A DNA stretch of 63,554 nucleotides, filler included, from 3 parts of 3 records of this genome joined end to end with filler, not necessarily neighbours in it, one strand, 5' to 3'. Shown: positions 20,399-31,812, counted from the first letter of the whole stretch. Numbers and translations: made by a program. The notes: a model not told the origin generated them from the sequence alone.

Positions 20399-21268
20399 AT
20401 GGCCATGGACGATGTTGTTGACTGGTTCACCTCTTCCCACCGACCACTCCCCTGGCGGGACAAAACCACTACCGCGTGGGGTGTTCTCGTCTCCGAAGTT
20501 ATGTTGCAACAGACTCCCGTCGCGAGGGTGACACCGGTGTGGGAAGAATGGTTGCACCGTTGGCCCACGCCCGAAGACTGCGCGAAGGCACCCCTCTCAG
20601 ACGTCATCACTTTGTGGGGGCGCCTCGGGTATCCCAGGAGAGCCAAACGCCTCCACGAAGCAGCCGCTGTGATTGTCAGGGACCACTACGGTGAGCTCCC
20701 GAAGGACCTCTCAGCCTTGCTGGCACTCCCAGGAGTCGGCGACTACACCGCGCGCGCCATCCGCTGTTTTGCCTATGGTATCCCCGACCCGGTCGTGGAT
20801 ACCAACGTTCGCAGGGTTATTGCCCGTCTGGTCGAAGGCGACGGGGAAGCTGGTCCTCCCAGAACCCCAGCGGATCTGCAGCGCGGCCAAACGGCACTCG
20901 ATGAGGTATCCACCACCTCGGACAAAGTCACCTTGGCCAAAGGTCTGATGGAGTTGGGGGCGGTTATCTGCACGGCGCGCGCGCCATCGTGTGAGCGGTG
21001 CCCAGTGGCGTCGTCCTGCGTCTGGAAGGCGCTGGGCTACCCGACCTACTCCGGCGCCAAAGCGACGCCCCAGGCCAAGTACGAAGGAAGCGATCGGCAA
21101 GCTCGAGGCGTGATCCTCCGCGAGCTTCGCGCAAGCGACACCCCGGTTCCGCTGAGTTTCTTGGCGACGCTCATCATTGATAGTGCGCAGTTTTCCCGCG
21201 CGTTAGCGTCCCTGAAGACCGACGGGCTCGCTCGCGAATCCGGTGCTGATTTAGAGCTTCCGGACTAA
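20399..21268 (+). CDS. mutY: A/G-specific adenine glycosylase (short actinobacterial form)
   Basis: SEVMLQQT, LGYPRRA, HhH LPGVGDYTA, VDTNV, [4Fe-4S] motif CTARAPSCERCPVASSC. Confidence 0.93.
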   Translation: MAMDDVVDWFTSSHRPLPWRDKTTTAWGVLVSEVMLQQTPVARVTPVWEEWLHRWPTPEDCAKAPLSDVITLWGRLGYPRRAKRLHEAAAVIVRDHYGELPKDLSALLALPGVGDYTARAIRCFAYGIPDPVVDTNVRRVIARLVEGDGEAGPPRTPADLQRGQTALDEVSTTSDKVTLAKGLMELGAVICTARAPSCERCPVASSCVWKALGYPTYSGAKATPQAKYEGSDRQARGVILRELRASDTPVPLSFLATLIIDSAQFSRALASLKTDGLARESGADLELPD

Positions 21269-22038
21269 GCCTTGTCCCGGCGAATGATTTCGCGCATGCC
21301 CTCAATAGCAACCGGTAGCAGCTTGTCCACGCTGGAGGCATCCCACTCCTCAGGCGTCATCGGCGACTGGTCTGGGTGACCCATGACCATCATCAGCCCA
21401 CCCGCTCTCACCCGAAGGACAGAAGCGACGATATACAGAGCAGCGGCTTCCATCTCGGAGCAAATTGCACCCCCGCCAATCCACGCCGCCCAGCGATCCT
21501 TCAAGGCGTTAGCGATGGGCATGCGCTCCGGGGAGTGCTGGCCGTAAAACGAATCCTTGGATTGCGAGACCCCTACGTGAACATTCTTGTCCATTCCCAC
21601 CGCGGCATCTTTGAGAGCCTGGGTGATCTCGAGGTCCGCTATCGCGGGAAACTCGACCGGCAAATAGTGCAGACCCGTTCCCTCGTCACGAATCGCCCCG
21701 GACACAATGGCAATGTCCCCTGGTTTGATGTGGTGCTGCATGGAACCTGAGGTTCCTACCCGAACAAAAGTATCCGCACCGATTGCGACAAGCTCTTCCA
21801 ACCCAATCGCTGCCGAGGGTCCGCCGATACCGGTGGACATCACCGCTACTTTTTCCCCGTCAAGATAGCCAGACCAGGTCTCGTATTCACGGTGGCTTGC
21901 CACTTTTTGGGGCTCGTCAAAGTAAGAAGCGATCATTTCGCACCGACCGGGGTCCCCCGGGAGGAAGACGTAGCGACCGATATCGCCCTCAGCCAGCTCA
22001 ATGTGGTACTGACGCGGGTTGTCCCTTTTCATCGACAT
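21265..22038 (-). CDS. udp: Uridine phosphorylase
   Basis: QYHI, LPGDPGR, STGIGGPS, RVGTSG, DSFYGQ, EME. Confidence 0.9.
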   Translation of the reverse strand: MSMKRDNPRQYHIELAEGDIGRYVFLPGDPGRCEMIASYFDEPQKVASHREYETWSGYLDGEKVAVMSTGIGGPSAAIGLEELVAIGADTFVRVGTSGSMQHHIKPGDIAIVSGAIRDEGTGLHYLPVEFPAIADLEITQALKDAAVGMDKNVHVGVSQSKDSFYGQHSPERMPIANALKDRWAAWIGGGAICSEMEAAALYIVASVLRVRAGGLMMVMGHPDQSPMTPEEWDASSVDKLLPVAIEGMREIIRRDKA

Positions 22039-22154
22039 AAGTGTCTTCCTTTGTGCTCGAGGCCAATCACGTGGCGTTCGTGACTAACTAGGACGATAGG
22101 GGGAAGGAAAGAAACGAGCAAGCCAGCGCTCATGTGCGCAGAAGAGGCGGGGTA

Positions 22155-22595
22155 CTATTCCCGGCCATCCTCCTCTGCTGGGCTCTTATACGGGTCAGCA
22201 TCCCCGGCATACTCAGCAGTCTTTGCTTGACGTTCCGTCTCAGCGTCGCGCTCGCTCGCTGTGCGCAGTAAATCGGTGATAGCCGAAGCATTCTCGGGGA
22301 TCCCATCCAAAATGAACTCAAGGCTGGGGGTAAGTCGCGCGGTGATGTTCTTCCCCACCTCGGTGCGCAACATTCCCGTAGCAGCCTTCAACGCTCGTTG
22401 ACTATCAAGGCGCTCTTGGTCATCCCCCAAGACGGTGTAAAAGACACTGGCGTGCTGAAGGTCACCTGTCACCTGAACGTCCGTGATGGTGACAAACCCC
22501 AGACGGGGATCTCTCAATCCCCGCTGGAGCCGCTCGGCAAGAATCTGACGGATCAAGTCCGCCATCTTCCGAGCTCTCGGTGAGTTACTACTCAC
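22155..22595 (-). CDS. rbfA: Ribosome-binding factor A
   Basis: [12 protein letters not shown]...TPSLEF; overlaps the infB stop. Confidence 0.96.
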   Translation of the reverse strand: MSSNSPRARKMADLIRQILAERLQRGLRDPRLGFVTITDVQVTGDLQHASVFYTVLGDDQERLDSQRALKAATGMLRTEVGKNITARLTPSLEFILDGIPENASAITDLLRTASERDAETERQAKTAEYAGDADPYKSPAEEDGRE

Positions 22596-25185
22596 GAATC
22601 TTTTCCTTCATTTCGATGGTTTCGATTTCGTCACCAATCTGGATGTCCTTAGTCTTTCCCAGCCCGATACCGCATTCGAAGTCCGTCTTAACCTCGGTGA
22701 CGTCATCTTTGAAGCGACGGAGCGAGTCGATGGCCAGGCCATCGAGGATCACCACGCCATCGCGAATAACCCGAGCTTTGGCGTTTCGAGTGATCGTTCC
22801 CGAACGGACGATGCAACCGGCAATGGTGCCAGCCTTAGAGGACTTGAATACTTCGCGAACCTCAGCAAAACCGGATTGCACTTCTTCGTATTCAGGCTTG
22901 AGCATTCCCTTGAGCGAGCTCTCGATTTCGTCCAGAGCGTTGTAGATCACCGAGTAGAACCGAACATCGACACCTTCACGCTGGGCCCGCTCTCGAGCCT
23001 TCGCGTCGGGTCGGACGTTGAATCCAACAATGACCGCGTTGTCGATCGTGGCGAGGTTGACATCGCTCTCGGTTATCGCACCCACACCGCGGTGAATGAT
23101 GCGCAATTGCACCGATTCGCCGACCTCGATCTTGAGCAACGACTCCTCCAGTGCCTCCACAGCACCGGAAACATCACCCTTGATGATGAGGTTGAGGGAT
23201 TCGATCTTTCCATCCTCCAGCGCCTTGGTGAAGTCCTCAAGGTTGATGCGCTTGCGAGCCCTAGCCAGCAGAGCGTTCCGCTCAGCCGCTTCGCGCTTCT
23301 CCGCGATCTGTCGAGCGGTGCGGTCATCATCGGTCACGATAAAAGTGTCACCCGCGCGAGGAACGCTCGAGAGACCCTGCACCGCAACGGGACGAGAGGG
23401 GTAAGCCTCTTCCACCGGGTCACCGTTTTCGTCCGTCATGGCACGAACACGGCCATACGCGGTTCCCGCCACAATGGCTTCTCCCACCCGAAGGGTGCCC
23501 GACTCGATGAGCACGGTTGCCACAGCGCCACGGCCCTTGTCGAGCTTGGCTTCGATCGCCACACCGCGCGCGGTGCGGTTGGGGTTGGCCCGAAGGTCAA
23601 GCCCTGCGTCAGCAGTCAGAAGAACGGCATCGAGAAGGTCATTAATGCCCTCACCCTTGAGAGCCGACACCTTCACCATTTGGGTGTCCCCACCGTACTC
23701 TTCCGCCACCAAACCAAACTCGGTCAGCTGCTGCAGAATTTTGTCGGGGTTCGCTCCGGGGGTGTCCATCTTGTTGATCGCAACAACAATCGGAACGGCT
23801 GCGGCTTGAGCGTGATTGAGGGCCTCGATGGTTTGAGGCATGATGCCATCGTCTGCAGCAACCACCAGGATGGCGATGTCGGTAACCTGCGCGCCGCGGG
23901 CACGCATCGCGGTGAACGCTTCGTGGCCGGGGGTATCCACAAAAGTGATGGCCCGTTCGATTCCCTCGTGCTCCGTCCACACCTGGTAGGCGCCGATGTG
24001 CTGAGTGATTCCACCAGCTTCCCCTGCTGACACGTTCGCGTTACGAATGGCGTCCAGCAACCTTGTCTTACCGTGGTCAACGTGACCCATTACGGTGACC
24101 ACGGGTGGACGGATCACCAAGTCCTCTTCGTCTTCAACCTCATCAAGGTCGATGTCAAAGCTTTCTAAGAGTTCCTTGTCTTCATCCTCAAGAGACACAA
24201 TGAGGACTTTGTAGCCAAGCTCCGAACCCAAAACTTCGAAGGTCGCCTGATCCAAGGATTCAGTGGCGGTCGCCATTTCTCCCAGCTGGAAAAGCACTGT
24301 TACGAGGTTCCCGGGAGGAACCGGAAAACCGGTCAGCGTCTCGATCTTGTCGGCAAAATCGTTCATCGAAGCGCCTTGGCGCAACCGGATTACGGTCGAA
24401 CCGTCGCCGCGAGGGATAGATACACCGCCGAGGCTGGGTGCCTCGCGCATTTCATACTCTTGCCGCTTCGTCCGCTTCGACTTGCGGGACTTACTCTTAC
24501 CGCCGCCGCGGCCGAAAGCTCCTGCCGTTCCCCCACCGGGGCCGCGACCGCGACCACCTGCGCCAGGACGGGCACCACCAGGTCCGGGACGGGAACCACC
24601 AGGTCCACCGCCGGGTCCGGCGAAACCAGGAGCACCACCGGGGCGACCGGGGGCGCCGGTGCGCTGCTGGAAGGGCGCTCTGGGTGCTCCTTCACGCTCG
24701 GCGGGGCGTCGGGGCGTTGCACCCTGACCTGGCCTGGCAGCTGTGGGGCGACCCATGCCTTGGGCGGAAGCAAAAGGATTATTTCCCGGACGGGGAATGC
24801 CAGGACGAGCCATCCCCTGCGCGGAAGCAAAAGGATTGTTTCCCGGACGAGGAATTCCGGGGCTTGCTGGCTCCTCCGCGCCAGAATCTGGTTCAGCAGG
24901 CTTCTCTGCGGCGGGTGCCGGGGGTGTATCTTCGGCGACCGGAGCCGGAGGTGCCGGCTGCGCGGCAGGCTTGGGAGCAGGCTTCGCCTCTTTTTTCTCC
25001 TCGGGAGAGACAGGCACGACGCCCTCTTCCGCAAAAGCTGCTTTGAGCTTGCGGGCAACCGGAGGCTCTACCGTCGACGAAGGCCCCTTAACAAACTCGC
25101 CAATTTCTTTCAGCTTCTCAAGAGTGCGCTTGGAATCAATTCCCAGTTCTGCAGCAATCTCGTGTACGCGTGGTTTTCCAGCCAC
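22588..25185 (-). CDS. infB: Translation initiation factor IF-2
   Basis: KPRVHE N-terminus, [29 protein letters not shown] 25185 is better spaced from AGGAG than ATG 25188. Confidence 0.98.
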   Translation of the reverse strand: MAGKPRVHEIAAELGIDSKRTLEKLKEIGEFVKGPSSTVEPPVARKLKAAFAEEGVVPVSPEEKKEAKPAPKPAAQPAPPAPVAEDTPPAPAAEKPAEPDSGAEEPASPGIPRPGNNPFASAQGMARPGIPRPGNNPFASAQGMGRPTAARPGQGATPRRPAEREGAPRAPFQQRTGAPGRPGGAPGFAGPGGGPGGSRPGPGGARPGAGGRGRGPGGGTAGAFGRGGGKSKSRKSKRTKRQEYEMREAPSLGGVSIPRGDGSTVIRLRQGASMNDFADKIETLTGFPVPPGNLVTVLFQLGEMATATESLDQATFEVLGSELGYKVLIVSLEDEDKELLESFDIDLDEVEDEEDLVIRPPVVTVMGHVDHGKTRLLDAIRNANVSAGEAGGITQHIGAYQVWTEHEGIERAITFVDTPGHEAFTAMRARGAQVTDIAILVVAADDGIMPQTIEALNHAQAAAVPIVVAINKMDTPGANPDKILQQLTEFGLVAEEYGGDTQMVKVSALKGEGINDLLDAVLLTADAGLDLRANPNRTARGVAIEAKLDKGRGAVATVLIESGTLRVGEAIVAGTAYGRVRAMTDENGDPVEEAYPSRPVAVQGLSSVPRAGDTFIVTDDDRTARQIAEKREAAERNALLARARKRINLEDFTKALEDGKIESLNLIIKGDVSGAVEALEESLLKIEVGESVQLRIIHRGVGAITESDVNLATIDNAVIVGFNVRPDAKARERAQREGVDVRFYSVIYNALDEIESSLKGMLKPEYEEVQSGFAEVREVFKSSKAGTIAGCIVRSGTITRNAKARVIRDGVVILDGLAIDSLRRFKDDVTEVKTDFECGIGLGKTKDIQIGDEIETIEMKEKIRE
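24753..24861. repeat. 57-bp period tandem duplication inside infB ([17 protein letters not shown] twice)
   Basis: Two diverged copies at 24753-24804 and 24810-24861, in frame. Confidence 0.85.
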
Positions 25186-25191
25186 CATTCT

Positions 25192-25269
25192 CCTGTCTGG
25201 GCGAACCCAGTCAGGGCGCGCCGCTACCTACATACGAGGCTCATACTGAGCCGTTCATGAGGTTTCCAT
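25192..25269 (-). promoter_or_regulatory. Overlapping mini-ORF chain plus SD-occluding hairpin upstream of infB
   Basis: METS* (25269-25255), MNGSV* (25258-25241), MSLVCR* (25244-25224), M* (25233-25228); hairpin CCUG-A-CUGGG-UUCG-CCCAG-A-CAGG (25215-25192). Confidence 0.6.
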
Positions 25270-25544
25270 TAGCCATTCAGCCTTGTCTTAGCGAGGTCGG
25301 TCGACCTACTGAGGTTTTCCAGGACATTGCAGTCAAGAGTGGGGCCCATTTTCAGTGCCCTACCCCATGCTTTGCGTTGAAGAGAAAGAGTGAGACATTC
25401 CTGGTTGTGGTGCACATAGGCCCCACGACCCGGATGCTTCACCTTCTCATCAACAACCACCTGGTGAGTCACCGCCACACACCGCAGAAGGTTCTCTACT
25501 GAATCTGTGGACTGACACCCCAGGCATCGCCTGATTACTGCCAT
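25269..25544 (-). CDS. ylxR: YlxR/DUF448 family RNA-binding protein
   Basis: RRCLGC...LLRCV...GRGAYVH...C; between nusA and infB. Confidence 0.9.
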   Translation of the reverse strand: MAVIRRCLGCQSTDSVENLLRCVAVTHQVVVDEKVKHPGRGAYVHHNQECLTLSLQRKAWGRALKMGPTLDCNVLENLSRSTDLAKTRLNG

Positions 25545-25588
25545 TGTAGCCCCTTATGCCTTTGGGCCTGCCACCAGGTGACCTGGCG

Positions 25589-26596
25589 TTAGGAATCCAT
25601 CACAGAATCGGGCTGAATATCGATCTTTGCCCCGGTGAGTTTCGCAGCCAATCGAGCGTTTTGTCCCTCTTTCCCGATAGCCAGCGAGAGCTGGTAGTCG
25701 GGGACAAGGGCACGAACTTGGCGGGCTTCTTCATCCAAAACGAAAGCGCTCGTGACCTTGGAAGGACTCAGCGCGTTTGCGACAAACTTTGCGAGATCGT
25801 CGGAGTGGTCGACGATGTCAATTTTTTCTTCGCCCAGTTCTGCTTGAACAGCCCGGACCCGCTGACCCAACTCACCGATGCAAGCACCTTTAGCGTTAAT
25901 ACCTGCCTCCAGAGCCTTCACGGCAATTTTTGTTCGATGTCCCGCTTCGCGGGCAATGGAGGTGATATCGATGAGACCTTTTTGGAGCTCGGGAACTTCG
26001 AGGGTGAAGAGCTTACGAATCAAGCCCGGGTGGGTGCGGCTGACAGTAATCGCGGGGCCTTTGGTGCCCTTTTCCACCTTGGTCACATAGGCGCGGATTC
26101 TCGCGCCATGCTCGTAAGTTTCTCCAGGAACCTGTTCCTCGGGCGGCAAAATAGCCTCCACATCGCCGAGGTTCACATGAATCATCCGAGGGTTGGGGCC
26201 CTGTTGAATCACACCGGAGACGATATCGCCTTCTTTGCCTCGATAGTCACCGAGGATGCGGTCATCTCCGATGTCACGCAGTCGCTGATTGATGACCTGC
26301 TTGGCCGCGTGAGCGGCAATTCTGCCGAAATCATTGGGCGTATCTGCCTCTTCGCCAATTTTCTCACCCTCCTCGTTGAGGATGGGGGTGAACAGCGTGA
26401 CGTGGCCTGTTTTCTTGTCCAGTTCCACGCGTTCTCTGGGCGCGTCAAGGTCGAGACGCTGTCCGCGATTATCGGAGAGGCCCATGTGCTTCTCATAGGC
26501 CACAAGAATGGCCTGTTCGATGATGAGCACGAGGTCATCAAAGGGGATTTCGCGCTCTGACTCCATCAGCTTGAGCACGCTCATATCGATGTCCAT
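25589..26596 (-). CDS. nusA: Transcription termination/antitermination factor NusA
   Basis: FGRIAAHAAKQVI, SRTHP, GACIG, LSLAIGKEGQNARLA; start at MDIDMS (26596). Confidence 0.97.
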   Translation of the reverse strand: MDIDMSVLKLMESEREIPFDDLVLIIEQAILVAYEKHMGLSDNRGQRLDLDAPRERVELDKKTGHVTLFTPILNEEGEKIGEEADTPNDFGRIAAHAAKQVINQRLRDIGDDRILGDYRGKEGDIVSGVIQQGPNPRMIHVNLGDVEAILPPEEQVPGETYEHGARIRAYVTKVEKGTKGPAITVSRTHPGLIRKLFTLEVPELQKGLIDITSIAREAGHRTKIAVKALEAGINAKGACIGELGQRVRAVQAELGEEKIDIVDHSDDLAKFVANALSPSKVTSAFVLDEEARQVRALVPDYQLSLAIGKEGQNARLAAKLTGAKIDIQPDSVMDS

Positions 26597-26694
26597 GAGA
26601 GCCCTCCTGTTTGATTGTGCACCCACACCGTGTGTGCTTTTAGCCAGAGTACAAGGGGTGAGGCTTTTCCTCCACCCAAGCGATGAAACCGGCC

Positions 26695-28452
26695 CTAGGC
26701 GAGGGCGCTCAAGACCTCGGCCACAGGCATCGTGGTGCGCTCTCCGGTCCTTCGGTTCCAGTATTCGACTTCGCCCTCTGCCGCACCCCGGCCCACAATG
26801 ACAATGTGAGGAACACCAAGAATTTCTGCATCGGCAAATTTCACACCCGGGGACAGCTTCGGCCTATCGTCAAAGAGAACCTCTTTGCCTGTCTCCTCGA
26901 GGCGTGCACAAAGATTTTCCGCGACCTCGAACACCACTTCATCTTTCCCGGCAGCGACAACGTGAACACCAAACGGGGCGATAGCCTCTGGCCAGATTAA
27001 ACCTTTTTCGTCGTTGTTGGCTTCGGCAATCACCGCAACTAGGCGGGTGACACCGATGCCGTAGGACCCCATGGTTACCGTGACGAGGGACCCGTTTTCG
27101 TCGAGAACCTTCAGACCCAATGCCTCGGCATACTTGCGACCGAGTTGGAATACATGACCAATCTCCATACCCCTAGCGCTCTCGATAGGGCCGGATCCAT
27201 CGGGCGCCTCGTCGCCATCCATCACCTGGGCAATATCGATGACGCCATCGGCGTGAAAATCCCGACCAAAAACAAGGTCAAACACATGTTTTTCTGGTTC
27301 GTTTGCGCCGGTAACCCAGGCGGATCCTTCGACCACGCGGGGGTCAACATAAAACGACAAACCCGTTCGTGATTCCGAACCTAGCGCCTGGCCTGTGGCG
27401 GACCACGGCCCGATATAGCCCTTAACAAGACCCCTATTTTTGGCGAAATCTTCCTCCGTTGCCTGCTCAATCGCTGCCGGCGCAAAGGCCACTTCGGCGC
27501 GTTTAAGGTCAACATCTCGGTTTCCAGGAATCCCCACAACAACCAGCTCGCGGGATTCATCCGGGTGGGTAAGCGCGAGTACAACGTTCTTCAAAGTGTC
27601 TTTGGCCACCCACTCCCCTGACTCTTTGGGATGCCGGGCGTTAGCCAGCGCCACCAGAGTGTCGATGGTGGGGGTGTTGGGTGAATCAAACACGGTGGGG
27701 GCGCCCTCGGGCACGCTCAACGCGGGAGGAGCGGTGGTCACAAAAGCTTCGACGTTTGCGGCATACCCACCCTGCGTCTTCACGAAAGTGTCTTCGCCAA
27801 TCTCGGTGGGATGAAGGAATTCTTCACTTCGAGACCCACCCATCGCTCCGGCATCAGCTTTGACGATGACGTATTCCAAACCCAGGCGTTGGAAAATCCG
27901 CTCATAAGCGTCGCGCTGTGCCTGGTAGCTCAGCTCTAATCCTTCATCCGTGTAGTCGAAGGAATACGCATCCTTCATCGAAAACTCGCGCCCTCTGAGC
28001 AGTCCCGCCCGCGGCCTCGCTTCATCGCGGTATTTGTCTTGGATTTGATAGATCATCAAAGGAAGGTCTTTATAGCTCGAATAGAGGTCCTTCACCGTCA
28101 AGGTGAACACTTCTTCGTGGGTGGGGGCGAGCAGGTATTCCGCACCTTTTCGGTCCTTCAACCGGAAAATTCCATCGCCGTATTCTTCCCACCGGCCTGT
28201 TGTCTCATACGGCTCTTTGGGCAAGAGAGCAGGAAAGTGAACGTGCTGGGCCCCCGCCGCCTGCATCTCTTCATGCACAATGCGTTCGATATTTTGTCTG
28301 ACTCGCAGACCCATCGGCAGCCAGGCAAAGATCCCGGGGGCTTGGCGACGAATGTAACCAGCCCTCACTAACCACTTGTGGCTGGCGACTTCCGCCTCCG
28401 CCGGATCCTCGCGCAGGGTCCGGACGAAGAGTTTGCTCAGGCGTGTAGGCAC
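26695..28452 (-). CDS. proS: Proline--tRNA ligase (with INS editing domain)
   Basis: [30 protein letters not shown]. Confidence 0.98.
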   Translation of the reverse strand: MPTRLSKLFVRTLREDPAEAEVASHKWLVRAGYIRRQAPGIFAWLPMGLRVRQNIERIVHEEMQAAGAQHVHFPALLPKEPYETTGRWEEYGDGIFRLKDRKGAEYLLAPTHEEVFTLTVKDLYSSYKDLPLMIYQIQDKYRDEARPRAGLLRGREFSMKDAYSFDYTDEGLELSYQAQRDAYERIFQRLGLEYVIVKADAGAMGGSRSEEFLHPTEIGEDTFVKTQGGYAANVEAFVTTAPPALSVPEGAPTVFDSPNTPTIDTLVALANARHPKESGEWVAKDTLKNVVLALTHPDESRELVVVGIPGNRDVDLKRAEVAFAPAAIEQATEEDFAKNRGLVKGYIGPWSATGQALGSESRTGLSFYVDPRVVEGSAWVTGANEPEKHVFDLVFGRDFHADGVIDIAQVMDGDEAPDGSGPIESARGMEIGHVFQLGRKYAEALGLKVLDENGSLVTVTMGSYGIGVTRLVAVIAEANNDEKGLIWPEAIAPFGVHVVAAGKDEVVFEVAENLCARLEETGKEVLFDDRPKLSPGVKFADAEILGVPHIVIVGRGAAEGEVEYWNRRTGERTTMPVAEVLSALA

Positions 28453-28470
28453 CGCTCTAGACTACCCGCG

Positions 28471-29619
28471 CTAGGCGGTGACGACTTCAGGGGCGCCCGC
28501 GGGCGCATTGGGCATCTCAGCAGCAAGACGATTTGCTTCCTCGATCAGCGTGGCAACAATTTCTGACTCCGGCACCGTCTTGATGACTTCACCTTTGACA
28601 AAAATCTGTCCCTTGCCGTTTCCGCTTGCCACACCAAGATCAGCCTCACGGGCTTCCCCGGGTCCATTCACCACACACCCCATGACGGCCACGCGAAGCG
28701 GAACGGTCATGCCCTCGAGGCCCTTGGTGACATCTTCTGCCAGCGTGTAAACATCCACCTGGGCACGACCACAGCTCGGGCACGAGACGATTTCGAGCTT
28801 GCGCTCGCGCAAGTTGAGGGACTCCAAAATCTTCAGTCCCACCTTCACCTCTTCGGCGGGAGGCGCGGAGAGCGAAACTCTAATGGTGTCGCCGATGCCT
28901 TCGCCCAGCAAAATTCCGAAGGCTACCGAAGACTTGATGGTTCCTTGAAACGCAGGACCCGCTTCGGTGACGCCCAAGTGGAGAGGCCAGTCCCCACGCT
29001 CTGCCAACTGGCGGTAGGCCTTCACCATAACGATGGGGTCATTGTGCTTGACCGAAATTTTGAAGTCGTGGAAGTCGTGTTCCTCAAACAGGCCCGCCTC
29101 CCACACAGCGCTTTCCACCAGTGCTTCGGCGGTGGGTTTGCCATATTTCTGCAAGAGCCTGGGATCGAGTGAACCCGCATTCACTCCAATGCGCAAACTG
29201 ATGCCTGCATCTTTTGCTGCTGCGGCAATCTCGCCTACGCGGTCATCAAACTTTCTAATATTTCCTGGATTAACTCGCACTGCGCCGCACCCTGCGTCTA
29301 TCGCCTGGAAGACATACTTGGGCTGGAAATGGATGTCCGCAATGATCGGGATTTGACTCTTTTTGGCGATAATCGACAGCGCATCGGCGTCATCAGAAGT
29401 GGGGACAGCGACGCGGACGATATCGCAGCCGGTGGCGGTGAGTTCCGCAATTTGTTGGAGAGTGCCATTGATGTCTGTCGTCTGCGTCGTGGTCATGGAC
29501 TGCACACTGACCCTTGCGTCCCCGCCGACCTTTACTTTGCCAACATTGATTTGGCGGGTCTGGCGTCGTGGGGCGAGCGTTTCAGGAACTTTAGGCATTC
29601 CCAGATTGATTGCTGGCAC
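28471..29619 (-). CDS. ispG: 4-hydroxy-3-methylbut-2-en-1-yl diphosphate synthase
   Basis: [41 protein letters not shown]. Confidence 0.98.
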   Translation of the reverse strand: MPAINLGMPKVPETLAPRRQTRQINVGKVKVGGDARVSVQSMTTTQTTDINGTLQQIAELTATGCDIVRVAVPTSDDADALSIIAKKSQIPIIADIHFQPKYVFQAIDAGCGAVRVNPGNIRKFDDRVGEIAAAAKDAGISLRIGVNAGSLDPRLLQKYGKPTAEALVESAVWEAGLFEEHDFHDFKISVKHNDPIVMVKAYRQLAERGDWPLHLGVTEAGPAFQGTIKSSVAFGILLGEGIGDTIRVSLSAPPAEEVKVGLKILESLNLRERKLEIVSCPSCGRAQVDVYTLAEDVTKGLEGMTVPLRVAVMGCVVNGPGEAREADLGVASGNGKGQIFVKGEVIKTVPESEIVATLIEEANRLAAEMPNAPAGAPEVVTA

Positions 29620-29713
29620 TCGGTGGCACCCTTTCCCTTTGACGTCACAAAACTGGAAGACGCGTCTCTATCTTAAGGCCTGGGCTTTTCGATGCCACTC
29701 AGGCTTGGCTGCG

Positions 29714-31042
29714 TCACGAAAAGAGTCGAATGGGGCTCACGATGTCGGCATACATGAGGAGCAGACTCATCCCTCCCAGAATGACGATTACCACAAGCGT
29801 GAGCGGAAGTAGTCGTGAGGCATTAATGGGGCCAGGGTCTGGTTTGCCCCGCAAGTGGTGGTACTTACGTCGGAGAGCATCGACGACACCCACCACAATG
29901 TGGCCACCATCCAAGGGCAGCAGAGGAACAAGGTTGAAGACAAAGAGCGCGACATTCAAGGACGCAAGAATTCCGATCAGGCTCGCAACGCGATCCCGGA
30001 TTGCCAAGGAATCGACTGACGCAATTTCACCGGCAATCCGACCTACCCCGACAACACTGATGGGGCCATCGGGGTCGCGCTCCTCCGGGCCAAAGGCGGC
30101 TTGGGCGGTATCGACCAACCGTTGTGGCAGCGTCGCAATGACCTGACCCACCCCCAGCACGTTGTCCCACACCGCGGGAAGCACCGCGGCGGGTGATTGC
30201 CGCTGGTTTTCAATTGCGGAGCTGATTCCGACGAACCCGACATTTTCCACCAGCGGATTCGAAGCATCATCGAGCAAAATCTCACCCTGATCATTGAAGG
30301 CGTAGCGCTCTGTTAGAAGAGGCGTCAAGCTCAGATCAAGGGGTACCTGGTCCCGAAGGACAGTGATCGACAGCGGCGTACCTGGCGAAAGCCGAATGGA
30401 CTCGGTGAGAGCAAACCACGATTCGACTGGTTCTCCCGAGACCGCGACGATGCGGTCACCGGGAAGAATCCCCGCCACAGCACCCGGTGCGGCCGCGTCG
30501 CCAGGTTGGCATTCGGTCCTGGTTTCCGTTGCCGCCAACACACACTCCGAGACAGAACCCACCTTCAGGCTCAACCCCGGAACGCCAAACCCCACGAGAA
30601 CGAGGGCATATAAGGCGATAGCTACGACCAAATTCATCACCGGGCCACCGAGCATGATGATGATTCGTTGATAGAGGGGCAAACGGTAAAAACTGCGCTC
30701 CTCGATATCGAGGGGCAGGTCCCCGTCGGGTACCGGGCCCTCCCCCGTGACGGTGTCCAAAAAACCTGTGGTGGACACGGCGCTAGCGCTCTCTGATGTA
30801 CCCGGTGAATACATGCCGGCCATGGCCACATAGCCACCCAGCGGAATCGCTTTGATTCCCACCTCCGTCTCGCCTCGCATCCGAGAAAAGAGGGTCGGCC
30901 CGAAACCAATCATGAACTGGGAAATGTACACCCCGAACTTCTTGGCAGGAAAATAGTGACCCCATTCGTGAAGAGCGATGGAGACAATGAGTCCTATCGC
31001 AATCACAAGAACTCCGAGGGCGAAGGCTACGGCTGTTTCCAC
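29714..31042 (-). CDS. rseP: RIP/M50 intramembrane metalloprotease with PDZ domain
   Basis: HEWGH, PLGGYV, GPVMN, NLVPLLPLDGG; dxr-rseP-ispG order. Confidence 0.92.
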   Translation of the reverse strand: METAVAFALGVLVIAIGLIVSIALHEWGHYFPAKKFGVYISQFMIGFGPTLFSRMRGETEVGIKAIPLGGYVAMAGMYSPGTSESASAVSTTGFLDTVTGEGPVPDGDLPLDIEERSFYRLPLYQRIIIMLGGPVMNLVVAIALYALVLVGFGVPGLSLKVGSVSECVLAATETRTECQPGDAAAPGAVAGILPGDRIVAVSGEPVESWFALTESIRLSPGTPLSITVLRDQVPLDLSLTPLLTERYAFNDQGEILLDDASNPLVENVGFVGISSAIENQRQSPAAVLPAVWDNVLGVGQVIATLPQRLVDTAQAAFGPEERDPDGPISVVGVGRIAGEIASVDSLAIRDRVASLIGILASLNVALFVFNLVPLLPLDGGHIVVGVVDALRRKYHHLRGKPDPGPINASRLLPLTLVVIVILGGMSLLLMYADIVSPIRLFS

Positions 31043-31079
31043 GGCGCCACTCTAATCCCCGCTACCGACAGAGCCTTGG

Positions 31080-31712
31080 TCATTGCCGTGAGGAGAATTG
31101 CGCATCGATCTGATCATCAGCGCTTCGACGCGCCCAACTTTCTGCTTCAATGACGCCTTCGAGAGTCATTTCTCCCGGTATGTGGGCCTCGACAACGCGA
31201 GCAATGATGTCGACGATGCCCACAAAGGGCAGCCGTCCTGCGTGAAAGGCTGCTACGGCTTGCTCGTTGGAGGCATTGAACACCGCCGGGTATGTCGCTC
31301 CTGCTTCCCCCACCGCTTTCGCCAGGGCCACCGCGGGGAAGGCCACCTCATCGAGGGGCTCAAACGTCCACTGGTGGGATTGATGCCAATCAATCCCCGG
31401 CGTCACATTCTCCATGCGCCCAGGCCAGCTCAAACCCCACGCAATGGGCAAGCGCATATCCGGCGGAGAGGCTTGCGCGAGGGTGGATCCATCACAAAAC
31501 TCGACCATCGAATGCACCACTGACTGAGGGTGCACGGTCACCTCGATCTGATCAAAGGCAATATCAAACAGCAGGTGTGCCTCGATGACTTCCAGCCCTT
31601 TGTTGACCAGCGTTGCCGAGTTAGTGGTGACCACAAGACCCATGTCCCAGGTGGGATGCGCGAGCGCTTCTTGGGGGGTTACTGCAGCGAGGGACTCCTT
31701 CGAGCGACCCCT
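31080..31712 (-). CDS. dxr: 1-deoxy-D-xylulose-5-phosphate reductoisomerase, 3' part (5' end lost at contig edge)
   Basis: HPTWDMG, NSATLVNKGLEVIEA, HPQSVVHSMV, PDMRLPI, NASNE; frame open to the contig end. Confidence 0.96.
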   Translation of the reverse strand, partial: RGRSKESLAAVTPQEALAHPTWDMGLVVTTNSATLVNKGLEVIEAHLLFDIAFDQIEVTVHPQSVVHSMVEFCDGSTLAQASPPDMRLPIAWGLSWPGRMENVTPGIDWHQSHQWTFEPLDEVAFPAVALAKAVGEAGATYPAVFNASNEQAVAAFHAGRLPFVGIVDIIARVVEAHIPGEMTLEGVIEAESWARRSADDQIDAQFSSRQ

Positions 31713-31812
31713 NNNNNNNNNNNNNNNNNNNNNNNNNNNNNNNNNNNNNNNNNNNNTTAATTAATTAANNNNNNNNNNNNNNNNNNNNNNNNNNNNNNNN
31801 NNNNNNNNNNNN
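31713..31812. other. Artificial contig linker N44-TTAATTAATTAA-N44
   Basis: 12-mer with stops in all six frames at 31757-31768; base composition and gene phylogeny change abruptly across it. Confidence 0.98.

Noticed and set aside
24390-25058. Pro/Gly/Ala-rich repeats in infB
   Set aside because: Ordinary low-complexity N-terminal linker of actinobacterial IF2, including the PRPGNNPF repeat.
31757-31768. TTAATTAATTAA palindrome, repeated at 51699-51710, as a biological site
   Set aside because: It is centred in N padding at both junctions and is an assembly linker.
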